NCBI RefSeq assembly: GCF_964204865.1 | Contig: NC_135254.1 | Span: forward strand, 14,322,001-14,386,000 | DNA length: 64,000 bases | Origin: Styela clava | Lineage: Eukaryota | Reading direction: 5' to 3' | In this document: positions 35,971 through 49,500 of the stretch, one piece after another | Layout: every line of letters starts with the position of its first letter | Position numbering within the stretch: the stretch's first letter is position 1 | Notes under the pieces: model-generated | The model's input: the letters and a program-made list of their open reading frames with translations, nothing else | What the model was told of the DNA's origin: nothing | Databases searched by the model: none | Made by a program: the position numbers and the translations under genes

Positions 35971-37527
35971 ATGTCTAGAACAAAGTTGGTGAAGTTAGGG
36001 CCTCAGCGGTCTCAATTAAACTGCCGAAACCGCAGGCAAGCGAAAGTGCAGAATACTAAAAAGCGTAAGAAGCGCATAGTGGTTCCGTGTAAGGGCGCCA
36101 CATGGGAAAACCTGAATCCCGAAAAGATGATTGTTATACGAGAAGAAGATAAAAAATATTTCGGTAAAGAATGGGTCGAATTTTATTACATTTTTGATAT
36201 TTGAATATTTTATTAATGTATTATTGTCTGATCTTGCTGTTTTGTTGACTGGTTCAGTACAGCAGTATTTCCAATCTTCCAGCAATACTGCTTATGTAAT
36301 ATTTTGAATTCTAATGCTGGCATATATGACTTCATTCATGAAATAGGACTTCTGTCGTGATATGTTCTCTTATCATTTGCTCTTTCATCCTTAATCCTAT
36401 TGCATGCTTTTTGCAATGATAATTCCAAGACATAATATACGAACCGTCAGACAGTGGTTTAATCAAATTGTTCTAAATGCAATTGCCATATTTTTTAAAA
36501 TTATTTACTTTCTCCTATCGTCCTAAATTGTATATTTTGTTCTGTTTCTCTATGCATAACAGGTTTAAGTGGGATTGGTTTTAGACCAACTGGTTATATT
36601 GATATTGATTATGAAGTGGCTAAATATCACCAGAAGCTTGTATGCTCTGGAAGTAGAGTCAATGCTGCTATACTTAGTAATAAGGCTGTGGAACTGTGTT
36701 TAAAAGCGGGTTTGCCACTGACTTTGTATAATGCAACGTCAGGATGGATACAGTATTTCCTAAAAAGATGTGCTTGTGTTAGAGCACATTTGCAGCAGTT
36801 ACGGTCAAATGAGGCCTCATTCACTGAAGACGAAGAAACTGTCCAGACACTAGAAACCCCGCTTTGTAAATGCTCCAAACCTAATATTGTAAGTAAAAAT
36901 GTCTATTTTGTGGGATGTCCAATCGTGTTCCCATATTCTAATAATAATCTCTTCATTTTTAGGTTCCGCAACAGCCTGCATCACTTCTCAATCTTTTTGC
37001 AACACCTGCTTCTCCAGAGGTGGGTACCAGATCGAAAACTACCGCATAACATTTTTTTTATTTTTATTATATTTAAAATATAACTCTTGTTCTAGCCTAC
37101 ACGCTGCCGGAATTGTTCCAACGACGATCTGTCATCAGACTCCGGAGTGTCTTCCATGTCTACCTCAACCACTGGTGCAAGTTTTACAGATGCTGCTGCT
37201 TCATCAGTTGAATGTGCCAAATTATTCATTCCAGAAAGTGAAGTCAAATTATATCCGGATGATTGTGGATTAGTTCGCACAGACACAGCAGTTTTTCGTA
37301 ATCCACGGACAAGATTACATAATATTCCACGCACTGACTCTTTTGGGCCAAAAAGGCTTCGTTATGATTATTTTTTACCAGAGTACTGTTTTCCAGAACT
37401 GTTGCCCTCCGGGGAAGTGAAAAATTTTGTTGAAAATTTTAATCAATCATCCATTGATCAAAACTATGACGTTGATAATGAATCATATTCTAATTTATTT
37501 GATTTGTTACAAAGTGAATTTTCATGA
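35971..37527 (+). CDS. Uncharacterised CENP-B/Tc5-type HTH protein, 335 aa. Exons 35971-36163, 36563-36888, 36963-37019, 37096-37527
   Basis: Three GT-AG introns (phases 1, 0, 0) give one open 1008-nt frame. RPTGYIDIDYEVAKY...VNAAILSNKAVEL...YNATSGWIQYFLKR fits the pogo/CENP-B HTH pattern. Confidence 0.8.
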
Positions 37528-38555
37528 CATTTATTGTTTACATTTACTTCGGATTTTATTGTTTCACTGTGATTATATTTACTTTGCCAAGTGCTTTCAC
37601 ATTTGTCTATTTAGTTTGAAGAAAGTGTGGTTGGTTTGTGGGAAAGCAATCACCATTTATGGAAATATTGGATGAGAGTTTGAATAACAAATTTTTTGTT
37701 ATTAGGTCCGTAATACTTTTACACTAAGTAAATATGTAGAAGTTATGCAACATTCAACATGAATAGAGACGAACAGGGTAGACTTTGACTGCAGGACAAA
37801 CTTGTTCCATTTGGTGACAATTTGGTATCGTTTAGTCATTTACATGCTCATTTTTTATATCCATGGGTTAGCCGTTACGCTATTGAGAGGGCTGTAAACA
37901 AGCCCAAACTAGTAAGTTTATTACAGCGTTAGCAAAAAACTGAAATCTGGTAAAGGCTTTTTTTTTTTTTTTGCCAAATTTAAATCCATAGCCAAATCGG
38001 ATTTATGAAAATGATAGTTTTGGTTTATCCAAATATATTATTATGTCAATTTAATTGCATGAATCCCAATTTCCAAATAATTTAGGTGTTATGTATACAA
38101 TACATGATAGATAAATGATCACAAATATCAAATAATCCAGATACATTTACCCATATTAGTTCAAATATCCAATTTGAATTGTGTCCACATTCATGAAATG
38201 TAATCCAGTGACCATTGTGCATACATTTTTTTTCAGTAGTTATACCATATATATTATAAATTTAACCGATATTATCATTTAATATGGAAAACAAAAATAA
38301 TTAAAGAATTAGACAAATAATCATAAAAACGCCCATCATGCTATTAGGCGTTTTCCAGATTCTCGGTCCATGCAAACTTTTTTTTTTTTTTTTCTTGGAA
38401 ATAACATTTTATTAGAGAGTCTGTGATTGCAGAAACGATAGTTGCAGGTGTTAGGAAAAAATATTAAAACATGTTTGACATGAAATAATACATTATACAC
38501 CCACAATGTTATATGATATATCATAATTTTCATTACAACCCAACAAACATACACA

Positions 38556-39018
38556 TTTTTTTTTTTTTGACTGAATTATTTCAATGTATATAAATTTCAG
38601 ATAAGTATGAAAACTATAACTACCATATTCAAAGCATTACTGATTTTCCTAAAAGAATTTCATCTTATAATATTTCCTCTTTTACAAATTCATTCATAAT
38701 TCTTAAAGATCCTATCATCACACATTTAAACATAGTTCTAAGTATGGACTGATATGTTTCCGATTCTTGAAATATTAAGCCATTTCTAAAATTCCAAATC
38801 GCTGCTTTACCACAAGCGATAATTAGATTCAGTGATTTAGTTTCAACATCTTGAGTAAAAATATTATGCTGTGTATAACTTGTTAAATTTAGCCATTTCC
38901 AAAAGGATTTTATATAAGAACAGTTGAAAAATAAATGAATACAATTTTCAATGACTCTATTACAAAAGACGCAATTGCCATTTGGTAAAGGCTTAAGTAA
39001 AAAAACGATTTGAAGCAT
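38556..39018 (-). mobile_element. 5'-truncated L1/Tx1-type LINE fragment (ORF2 C-terminus plus poly(A))
   Basis: zf-RVT motif CVFC...E...HLFFNC...FW and IWNFRN. A13 tail on the minus strand at about 38556-38568. Confidence 0.8.
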
Positions 39019-40136
39019 GTGATGGAGAAAGTACGCAGGAGCAGTCGAATAAGGTGATGGACATGGATTAGCATTACATACGGCCCGAATTCAAAACCGA
39101 TTCAGTCGATTAATCAATTGTCTTCTGTTGCCTACCTTTCGTTAATGGAGTGTATCCCAAGTGCTTCGTAGACCATTCCAATCGTCTGCCACCATTTTTC
39201 CATTTAAATGGGCACGTGCACCAGCACGTTTTAAATCTTTTTTAGATTTTGCCCACTTTCCTGATTTTCCGTACATTTGTTTGTTTTGCCCTGTATTGTC
39301 TATTTGTTTTGTTGTAACGGAAAATCGAAATAAACACTTACTTACTTACTTTCCCAGGCTTAATCACCCCTCATCAGCGGATGGCTTTCCAGATGCACCG
39401 CTGACATCACTTCGAAAACTTGTTTCGAAATGATGCTTTATGAGAAAAAAAAAATTGTTCCTCCCCATAAATTTTATACAATATGCCATTCTTTAGGGAT
39501 AAATTGCTTATTTCGCACAATATTTATAAACACTTAGAAAAAGACTAAAAATTACTACGGTAATTAGAAAATTCTTTAAATTGAATTTACATCGGCGGAA
39601 AACCCTTCTGAATTTGAAAGCAGACGCCAACCTAAAATATTCAAATCGATTGAGTTATATAACATTATATAAGATAAGAATGTTCTCGAGTACATATTTA
39701 TCGCCGCACAAACGTGTATAAGGGTGGATTTCGTGTATTTAAAGGGGAAGGAGAAGGAGAGAACCTCGTCTGTATCAATGTCATCTCATAACTAACTAAT
39801 ACGATAACTATATACACCAACAAATATAAATAAATATTTGTTATAATTCCACTGTTTGTAAAATTTAAACATCGTCCTGGAAGCGTTTTAATTTGTTACC
39901 GATTTCTTGTTAGAAGATCGTTATCACTTCCGCCTGATAACATTAACAAAACCTTATTTTTTGCGCATTTTCACCTGCAACTGTATACTTTTGCGGTCAT
40001 TTGAACCCATATCCGTCGTTGCAAACGAACGAGTGTGCGCAGTAGCCTACGTAGGTGCAAATGCACTGTAACCAGTAGTTTAGTTTTTAACCATGATGGG
40101 AAGCATTCTTGACCTACAAATTACAAGGCTCGACTA

Positions 40137-40360
40137 CGTGGCGCATCGCGCTAAACGTTAGGAACACACTTGGCATTGCACATTCGATTATCTTACGCAG
40201 GTTCAATCCAGTAGCCTGCACATGAGGATCAGTGGCCCTCATCGCCTGTAGGGTGCTTCCCCTCGTCGGTTACGGCTTTCTCAAAGTTCATGAATCTGGA
40301 ACTAATACTTGGCCAACCAATCCAATTGACTATGATTAAACCATCCTATACCTTTCCTTT
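40137..40360 (+). mobile_element. Degenerate SINE copy
   Basis: GTGGCGCATCGCGCTAAACGTTAGGAA head and GTCGGTTACGGCTT core. Confidence 0.7.
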
Positions 40361-40554
40361 CCAGAATAATTTGAAAGCTCCAACCTGATTGACCAACATC
40401 AATTGTATTTACTGTTAAAAGATCATTCAGGTATATTGTTCTGAGCTAAGCTAAAAAAAGAAGTGATGCAGTACACACATACAAACACTATCAGAGATTA
40501 TTTTCTCATTTATAATAAAAAAATTGCACCAATTTATAAATATAAATAATACAT

Positions 40555-43500
40555 TCAGCACAGTGTCGGCAATCTCAATTCTCCCCCTCTATATGATTTT
40601 CTAATTTCATATTGAACTTCATCGCATGCTTTTTTGTATGCTTTCATCCATTCCAGTCTTGGTTCGGCGGCGGCATCATTCGAAAATGTTTTCATAATCA
40701 CAGTCAGTCTTCTATGAAAACTTTGAAGAGTCAATTGAACTTTCTCCAAGTCTCTGGTATCAGTGGCAGTTCTGACGAGGAAACTGGATCAAAAGGAATT
40801 TCATTATATTCATGATACAGAAGGAAAAGCACTGCAATTCGATGGGCTTTTTAGAGAGATAGTGCTGATTAAAAATATATTCATATGGAATTCAAAACTA
40901 AGCAAAAAAATCAGGATTCAGGTTTTACTAGGAAAAAAATATTTCAGAGTACTGTTTGACATATTACAATTTACTTTTCACACAATTTTTAATCTGTAAA
41001 TATCAGTAATTTCCTCACCTTATGAAATCATTAACATCACAATCTAATGGTCCTGTTTCTCCATATGAACGAATCCATTCTGTTAAAACTTGACGAATCT
41101 CTTGTATTTCGAAAGCACCACCTAAAACTGGTAAATGATTTTCAGTTTCCTCAGGCAACACTTCGATAGATTGGTGTTCTTTTTTTGTTTCTGAAAAAGA
41201 CTTGAGTGAGCAAATAGGAAATTTCGACGAAACGCGAATAAAGAAAGATAAATTATATTGCTAAATATAGCTTTGCCATATGATTACTGTTCTGTGTCAG
41301 AAATAGTTAGCCAATTTATTGCATTCTAATGCATACATGTATTGCAAAAAGTTGAAACTAACTAGCCGTTATGTTAACCATCACCCAAATAGTTATCAAT
41401 CTCCCAACATACAGTCATCTGCCATTGATTCCAAGCTGTGTCATCCATGGTATTAATAGTGTGTTTCTAACACATAGCACAATGACCATAACCATCATGC
41501 CAGTTACTACCGTAATAAATAAACAGAAAAGAATCAACAAAAAATTGCCAAACAACAAGCACCTGTAATTTCGTCCTCATCAGAGTCAGGAATCTCAATA
41601 TAATTCTGTTCTTCTTGAATTGTCACGAGTCTCCTTTTCACTTTGGCAGCTGCAGGGGTATTTTTCCCCATTATGTTGTGCATTGGGGAAGTTTTAGGAG
41701 ACTTTTTCATGAGATTACTCTTATTTGGACTGTATGTAACAGGAAACATATCTGTAATTAATTTGTTGGGACTGGTGTCTGAATTACGTACTTTCTGTGC
41801 AGATGGTTTTGAAGTACTTGTCTTTGTAATATTAGTTTTCACTCCTGAATAAAATAAAAAGCTTCTGTTAGGCTCGAGAAAAAATAGAAAAATGTAGTAG
41901 TCAATGCCAAATTTGAAACATTTAGGTCCGTGTGACCACCAAAACCTTACACGAAAAGATTCTGTCACGACACTTAAATTCCTATTTGATATAAAATCCT
42001 ACCTTTTCGCCCCTTCACTATCCTGTGTTTTTGGGGTTGCTTTTTTACACCGCCTAACTTTCCACCCCCACAGAATAAAACATTGGGTGCTGGTGCTCCA
42101 GTAACAGGCATTTCAGAGACAACAGGCTCTACTGACGCATTGCTATCATTCGAATTTTCATTCTGAAGTAAAAATGCAATTCTGGCGGTTGACTTTTCAA
42201 ATAGAGATGTCACCATCAAAAAGTGTGGATGAAAAATGTACTTGATTTATTCAGCCATATTTGCATTCAAGAGAAAAAATAAATGAAAGAACAAAAATTG
42301 GCTCGCTGGTTGGCACATATTGCCAAGCACTAAGAATACACTAGCCATCGGAGCTAAGTTTACCCTGCGCAATTAGCAGTTTGGGATTCTTTCAGGAATA
42401 ATAATGGATTGCTGGTCTCCTCTTGTTGTAAGGTGGTTCAGGTAACTGGTCGGTCATGGCTTCCTCCACTATCAAGTCCATGCATCTGAAACAAGTAACT
42501 AGTTACCTATTCCCATACCCGATATGGATTGGCAACTGAATGATAGGCTGTGGTTCGCAATATGATTAGGCTATCTGATCGGCTTTCCTTCCCATGAAAA
42601 TATGTCGCTCCAAAAGTATGGGTACCGATATGGAGGAAACTTATTTTGTTCATCTATTTTACATCAAGTTGTGTGAAAGGACTGGAACATATGAGCAGAA
42701 GGATATGGAGGGAACTTATACTGATATGGAGGGAACTTATTTTGTTCGTCTATTTTGCATCAAGTTGTGTGAAATGGACTGGAACACATACTACAGGAGT
42801 ACCGAAAATCCTATCCTCACGATCTATATTAGTAAGAATGAACATTTTTGTAATAACCAGATCTCAATAGGGTATTTATCGAACTAAACAACCAAAAAGG
42901 GAACAGACATACTTAAACAATACAATGTTCAAGAACAAAGCTATTCCAAGGTTTGTTTGATTTGCATATACTAACTTACAATTAAAAAATTTCTTTCTAA
43001 AGCTTGACGCTGTTGCGCAAAATTATTTTCTACTTCCTTCCTGAGGTCGGGGGGTAGAGCTTCAAGGAAACTAGAGTTCAACTTCATTTCCTCATTCGAA
43101 TCAAGAGCACTAGGTTCTGAAATAGGTGGTTGGTTTTGCTGAAGAAAATCACCTGAATAAAAGATAGTTGACAGTATAAGGACAAATTGTCGAAATTAAC
43201 CCATATGTGCCCAACATCGCTACAACAGACACATAAAAAATTTTGACACTAAAAAATAGTATAGGTAGTATACATTATATTATGGAAGAAATTGATAGGT
43301 CCAGACTCAAGAGTTCTCAACCAGGGGGAAAACCTGTCTACATACAACTAAATTTTACTTTTGAAATTTGCCAAGGGGAGAATGATAAGATTAAAGGTTG
43401 ATACCCACTGGTTCAGTAATATTACTTTCAATCTTGGCTGAGGTTGACCAAACGAGTGGTATCTCAGACATTATAGTGTAAAAATGGAATTATTGAAAAA

Positions 43501-46500
43501 AATGGAACTAATAACTGTTATGTTATAATTGCATTCAATTGCTATGCACTACATACAGATAGGTAATTACCTACCTAACTAAAGCCATGCCAGACATGGA
43601 CTGGTAATCGGATAAGAGAACATGGTTCGCCATATGATTAGGTTGTCATATTGTCTTTATTTTCCCCGGGTTAAATATGTTAATCCTGTCCTATCCTAAA
43701 GCATGGTCTTCGATAACAGTATGGAAGGTACATACAAATAGCTCGAAAACCTCTTTGGTTTCGACACTAGACTCCATGCTCCGAGTGAACACCAGAGTAA
43801 TATAGCAAGAAATTTATTAAATGAAAACAGGGATACCTGATGTCGAAGGCCTATTTTGGTTATCCATATTATCAGACTCGACATTTTTAATATCGGACCT
43901 GAAAATAATATAAATAAAAAATTTTGAAACTACGAAAAACACACATAAGCAGATTCCTGTATTATAAAAAAACAACACATAGATAATCAGGGCAAACTAT
44001 CTACCTTTCAATATGGAAGAAAAATTGTTGTTAAATGTTAATATAGGAAACAATGGGGTGATAGCAAAAAATAATAATCAATAACCTTTGTAATTAACCC
44101 AGTAAAAACTTGAGGATCAGGCAGTGGTTTCTTTCACAAGAGCAAAACAAAATTTCGAAGATAAAATTGAATTGTCAAAACATCACTATATATAATTTAT
44201 CATACATCATTCCCTTTACGATGAAATAAGTTATTTTGAATCGTTGAAAGCTGATATCCATGATGATGACTAATACTCAATGCATTTACTGGATAGAAAT
44301 TTAGAATGACAATGAAATAACAGAAATGTAGTCAATAAAGTTAGCAAGGCTTGAATTAAAAAAATAAACAAAACATTTACGTACTTCCTCTTAATAAACT
44401 TTTTCAAAAATGCAGCTGATGTTGATTCTGAAGTTGATAAATTTGCAGAATCAGCAGATTGTAATTGTGTTATTTGAATACCAATGCCTCGCAGATCGGA
44501 AACATTCAGCTGCCATAGAAAATGAGCCATATTGAGTGATTATTGCCTTTCAGAATTTTATGTTGCACAGATCAACTGTAGAAGAATGACTCAATAGAAT
44601 AGATTCATTGGAAGTTCAAAAGCTTCATGACTCTGTGCAAATGGAGACTCCAACTTCAGGGCTTCTACATGCCAAGTCTTGTCAGGTGCGCCACGTAATG
44701 GCTTGAAAAACTACTGCTTTGAAAAGTTTTTAGATGTACCAAATTTGAAATGTTGGCTTTCAAAGAAGAAATAGCAATGCGCATTACTGAATCGAAATAT
44801 TTATCTGTTAAAAGATTCTGTGAATAAAAACGATGATTTGGGCTTACTTTAATATAAACGCGAGTTATTGGAATGTATCATAAATTCAATTACTTTTTAC
44901 CAAACCATTCGCGCGCCATGTTAAATTCTATGTTGTGGCATATTGGGCACTCACGCGCCATGTTCAATTTTATGTCGTGGCATATTGGGCATACGTACCA
45001 TGTGTTGTATACCCCTGGACTGAAAACCAGACGAGAGACTGTGGTTTGTTATATGAATAGGCTGACATATCGTCATTCATCCCTTGGGATAAATATGGAT
45101 TGCTTACACTATTCCTATTTATCTCAAGGCCTAATCCAAAAATGTAACAAATTGGCTAGATTATATAGATAACATACAAGGAATCGCATATCAAAAAAAT
45201 TCATAAATGAATAATGATAATTTACTTCAAATCAGAAGAAAGAGCTTCATTGAAAGCAAAATTGACAAAATTATGCCTAATTAAATATACATAAATATGT
45301 AAACCTCATAAGCAAACACAAAAGCATTTTTAAATCATTAACCTGCAATGAACTCAGTATTGACCATGCTGCTTCATTGATTGCCGCACAATCTTCTTCA
45401 TATGGGTCACCTGTTATTTGTTCATGATTATTTCAAAGAGTCGAAATATACTAAACTGAAGTACTGTTAAGTAGAATGACATGAAATGTTTTGGTATTTT
45501 TTGTCACCAACTTTGTCCTGATAACAATATACCGGTACATTATCACAATGTGTTGTGTGTTCATGTTTAAATTTATTCAACTCGTGTTTTGTTATTCCTC
45601 CTTTAATAGCTATGATTAATTATTTATAGTTAGCTTTTTTTAGTTCACTTGGTCTCATTTTTTTCATCCATCATTTGGTTCTTATTCGCTGCTCAGTTTT
45701 ATACTTGGTATTCAGCTAAAATTGAGTATATTAAAGTAAATAAGAGTAGTCTGTTTGTGCTGATCTATTGAGTTCCCCTTACCACATAAAACAGCCAAGA
45801 AGAAATTCCATGTTACCTCTGACATGCCTCAAGAGTATAGGAGAACTTCTAGACCATGAATCGCAAACACCATGACCACCAAATTTCACAGATTCCTGTG
45901 GTGCATCAGAACGTCGTACCATCAGTTTGAGAGTGATTCTACGCCCCCTCATTCCAGCAGATTTCAATCTATTTGTCACCTAAATACAGATTTAATAGAA
46001 TTCATGAATTTATGTCCTAAGGCAAAAAAAAAGAAAATTGAAAGTGATGGATTCATATTAGGAAAATTAAACACGAAATAACATCCAGGAATAAAATTTT
46101 GATAAAAGAGTCACACATGATCTTGTGACCAGTACTTAGTAAATACCAATCATGGGGACCTGTTTTGAAATCATAATTGCTCAGGCTAGAGTTTCGAAGC
46201 CTCAGTATATTCAAACTGTGGCTCCAGGTCCGGTTTCATAGTCTTTGAAATTTTTTGGTTGACAACTGCCATGAAATATCAGCGCAATGAAGTTTTGTAA
46301 AAACAGGAAACTCTTCCCATAAGTAATGGTGTTAAATTTCTAATGCCTAACTATAGTTACAGATCTCGGATTCATTTTCCATGCCTACCATCCAGCACAA
46401 AGTCTAATAAATTGAGTAAACTATTGTATGCTAAATCAACAAAGAAATCTGTTCAAAAACATTGAATTCTCATGTGTATGAAGCTAGCTGTTGGACTGTT

Positions 46501-49500
46501 GTTAAAGAAGCTAAATTTATTTAGTGAAGAATTATGAACCTCTTGTGATAAATTATGAAGAAATGTTTTCGCTTCTTCATTCCCGGAAAGTCTAATTCCA
46601 TAATTGACTTCAGCTGATACAGACTTTCTTTCCTTTTCAATTTGAACCTATATATTGAAAAAATAAATTTTCTATATCTTTGTATAAACATGACCAGAAT
46701 CGAATTCAAGCTGGCCTGAGCTGTGTAGACAGAGTTTAGCATGTTTACACTTGAGCCTGTGTCAAATTTCAAACTCGCCAGAATTGGCATCCAAGGAATT
46801 CCCTAGCAGACTTTCAGAGGTGATAACTGAAAAAACATCCCACTAAAACTTAATAATCATTTTTTTTCAACTACGTTTTCTTAACAGTCTAGCAACGAAA
46901 GTTTGCATACACCAAAGGTTTTGTTATCAAAATTTTATTTTCTCAGACTTCAAAGTTGGAAAGTATTTGAGTTGAATTACTGAGAAATTTCAGTGAACAT
47001 ATACTACTGTTATATTACAGTTTAGATTGTGGACAATCATTTTTTAGTAGTGACCAAATTATTTATACTTCTTTCTTGTCGATTCCACAACTCATATCAT
47101 GCAGTTTTTGTCCGGTTTTGCCACCAAATTCTTTTTGAAGATCAATTATTGGATGATTCTGTAAATCACCACATGTTGATAGACCCATGTCCTGAAGTCT
47201 TGAAGCTAAAAGGAACGAAGGGGTTAAAACAGGAGTGGGCAAGGTTTTGGGACCAGGGGCCAAAAAATTTTCTCACCTAGACTGGCGGGCCATGTAAGTG
47301 TGACTTAAAAAGTGACATTTTATGAACAATATTTACAGTGTTACAAAAGCAAAAGTGGAAAGCAGTAAGCTTCGTGCCAAAACTAAATTTAATTGCAATC
47401 TCAACCAATTCTTTGAGCTATTTTTGAGCCTAAACATCAAAATTTGGTTTTAGTTCGATCTTGGCCGCATCAGGCGGGCCAGATTGAAGTACCCAACGGG
47501 CCGGATTTGGCTCGCGTAGTTTGCCCATGTCAGGGTTAGAACAAAGAAAGCTGAGCTTTAAAGTTTATTTTGCTTCTATTTTGTTACCTGTAGATCTTCC
47601 TACACCAGGTAAATCCTTCACGGGCAAATTTTTCATAAATTCTTTTGCTTCACATTGGGTGACGACAAACTGCCCATCCGGTTTTGCTCGTCGAGTAGCC
47701 ATCCTAGCTAATGCTATATTTGGTCCCACTCCTGAATTCAAAAGTACATTTAAGAATGACCAACTCAATATTGGATGATTCAACATTTGATAACTTTGTG
47801 CACAAATTCTAAGAAAACATCCCTGAATGGTATACCAGTATAAAACTAATATGTTGACTGTGAAATAAATGAGATTATACTATAGATGTCTTGTTTTATC
47901 AGTACTTTTCACACACGGCCTAGTAGATTAAGCGCCAAGCGTTTGGAATACACTAACCCAGGCACCTAATTATCCTGTTCAGTTTCGCAGGTCCATACCT
48001 GTGTGGGAAAATTATGTGAAAGAGGATTGCTGGATTCCTTAGGGTGGTTAAAGTAACCGCTGGTCAATTACAGCTTCCTTCACTGGACTGGTAACCGGAT
48101 GAGGTAATGAGGTTCATCATATGATGACACAGTCTTATAGACTTTCCTCTCCCAGATTAAATAGGAAAAATTATACTTTTAGTGGAGAACTTGTTGAAGA
48201 AAAAAAAATTGAGTGAAAGTCTGAAAAATAGCTGCTGTAAAATTCTTATATAATACCTGTAGAAGCGTTACATTTTGTTGCTTCTTTCACATCGCTTCTA
48301 ATGAAAGATGCAACTTTCAATGGTGTCAGTCCAGTTTCTCTGACAATTTTTGTAATATCAACAAGAGCTTCATCACAACTAACAGCTTCTATATGCCGAG
48401 TGTACGTGGCAAGTGTGCTATACAGTTGATCTGATGTACGCCGATATGACTCAAAATCATATGGAATCACTCTGAATTTGAGAATTGGTATTTTCAAAAA
48501 TCAATTTGATATAAGAAGATGACAAATGAAAATAATAATCCCACAATGCATACTGGCACCTAAAATCCTATTTAACTACATTTAAGCTAAAAAAAACATG
48601 CTTGCCGTATGCATGATTACAAGCAAACTAAGTAACAGTGGACTAGCAGAAAATAAAAATATACATTTTTAAAATAATGCTCATTTGAAGCTTTTGCTCT
48701 GAACAAGGCGTGAAGAGGCTGTGAAGAGGTTGACTAGTATTTACGGAGCCCCACAATAAATTTATAAAAATATAAACAAAAAAACAACACATTGTTACTA
48801 AGAGATTGATGACCCTGAGTAAACTAAAATTACTCAATTTAATGACTCTGATGTATTTTCTGCTTTGTATTTAAAAACTGTTAAGTCTAGTGTTTTAACC
48901 ACTAGGCCAGGGCCATCGAATCCACATATGACCTTTTAACACATGAAAGTTACATTCGAAATATTTGAGATCACAAAACTTGTTTGCAGAATCCCAGAAT
49001 ACCTAAATACTTTATTTTGCAAGGTGTACCTTAATTCTGGACAGAGTTGTTTAGCTTTACCCATGAACATTCCATTTTTCACACCAGCAGTGCGTGCTTC
49101 ATAACTACAACTCGCAATTTCTGAGGAGGAGTAACCAGGGCCAAATGATGATGGAGGTACTCTGTAAAATGGAGCATTATTGAAATTGACAGTGCTGTGG
49201 GGTCGGAGATGTATTTTCGATCTCCCCAGAGACAGGTCAAAATTTTGAATCCCCAAGAGTCGGAATTGCAGACTTTCAACGGTGATAAAATAGTAAAATT
49301 ACTTACCAAAACTCAAAAAGCATCAATTTTTTGTTTGTAAAGGGGTTCTTAATAACGTTTTAATAAAGGCTTGAATATGGCAAAGTCTTCATAATCAACA
49401 ATTGATTTTCTCAGAGTTTGGAGCTGGACAAAATAAAAATTGATTACAACCCAAATTCAGAGTCAAAACTTTTCTTAACCAGGATTGAGAGATCCAAGCT

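Noticed and set aside
36341-36440. AAATAGGACTTCTGTCGTGA resembles the 5' end of U11 snRNA as I recall it (18/20)
   Set aside because: No complementary closing stem, Sm site or 3' hairpin follows. It lies in an AT-rich intron, so it is chance or a tiny fragment.
42628-42790. Repeat-spacer-like pattern suggestive of CRISPR
   Set aside because: Eukaryotic intron with duplicated rather than unique spacers and no cas genes. It is a simple tandem duplication.
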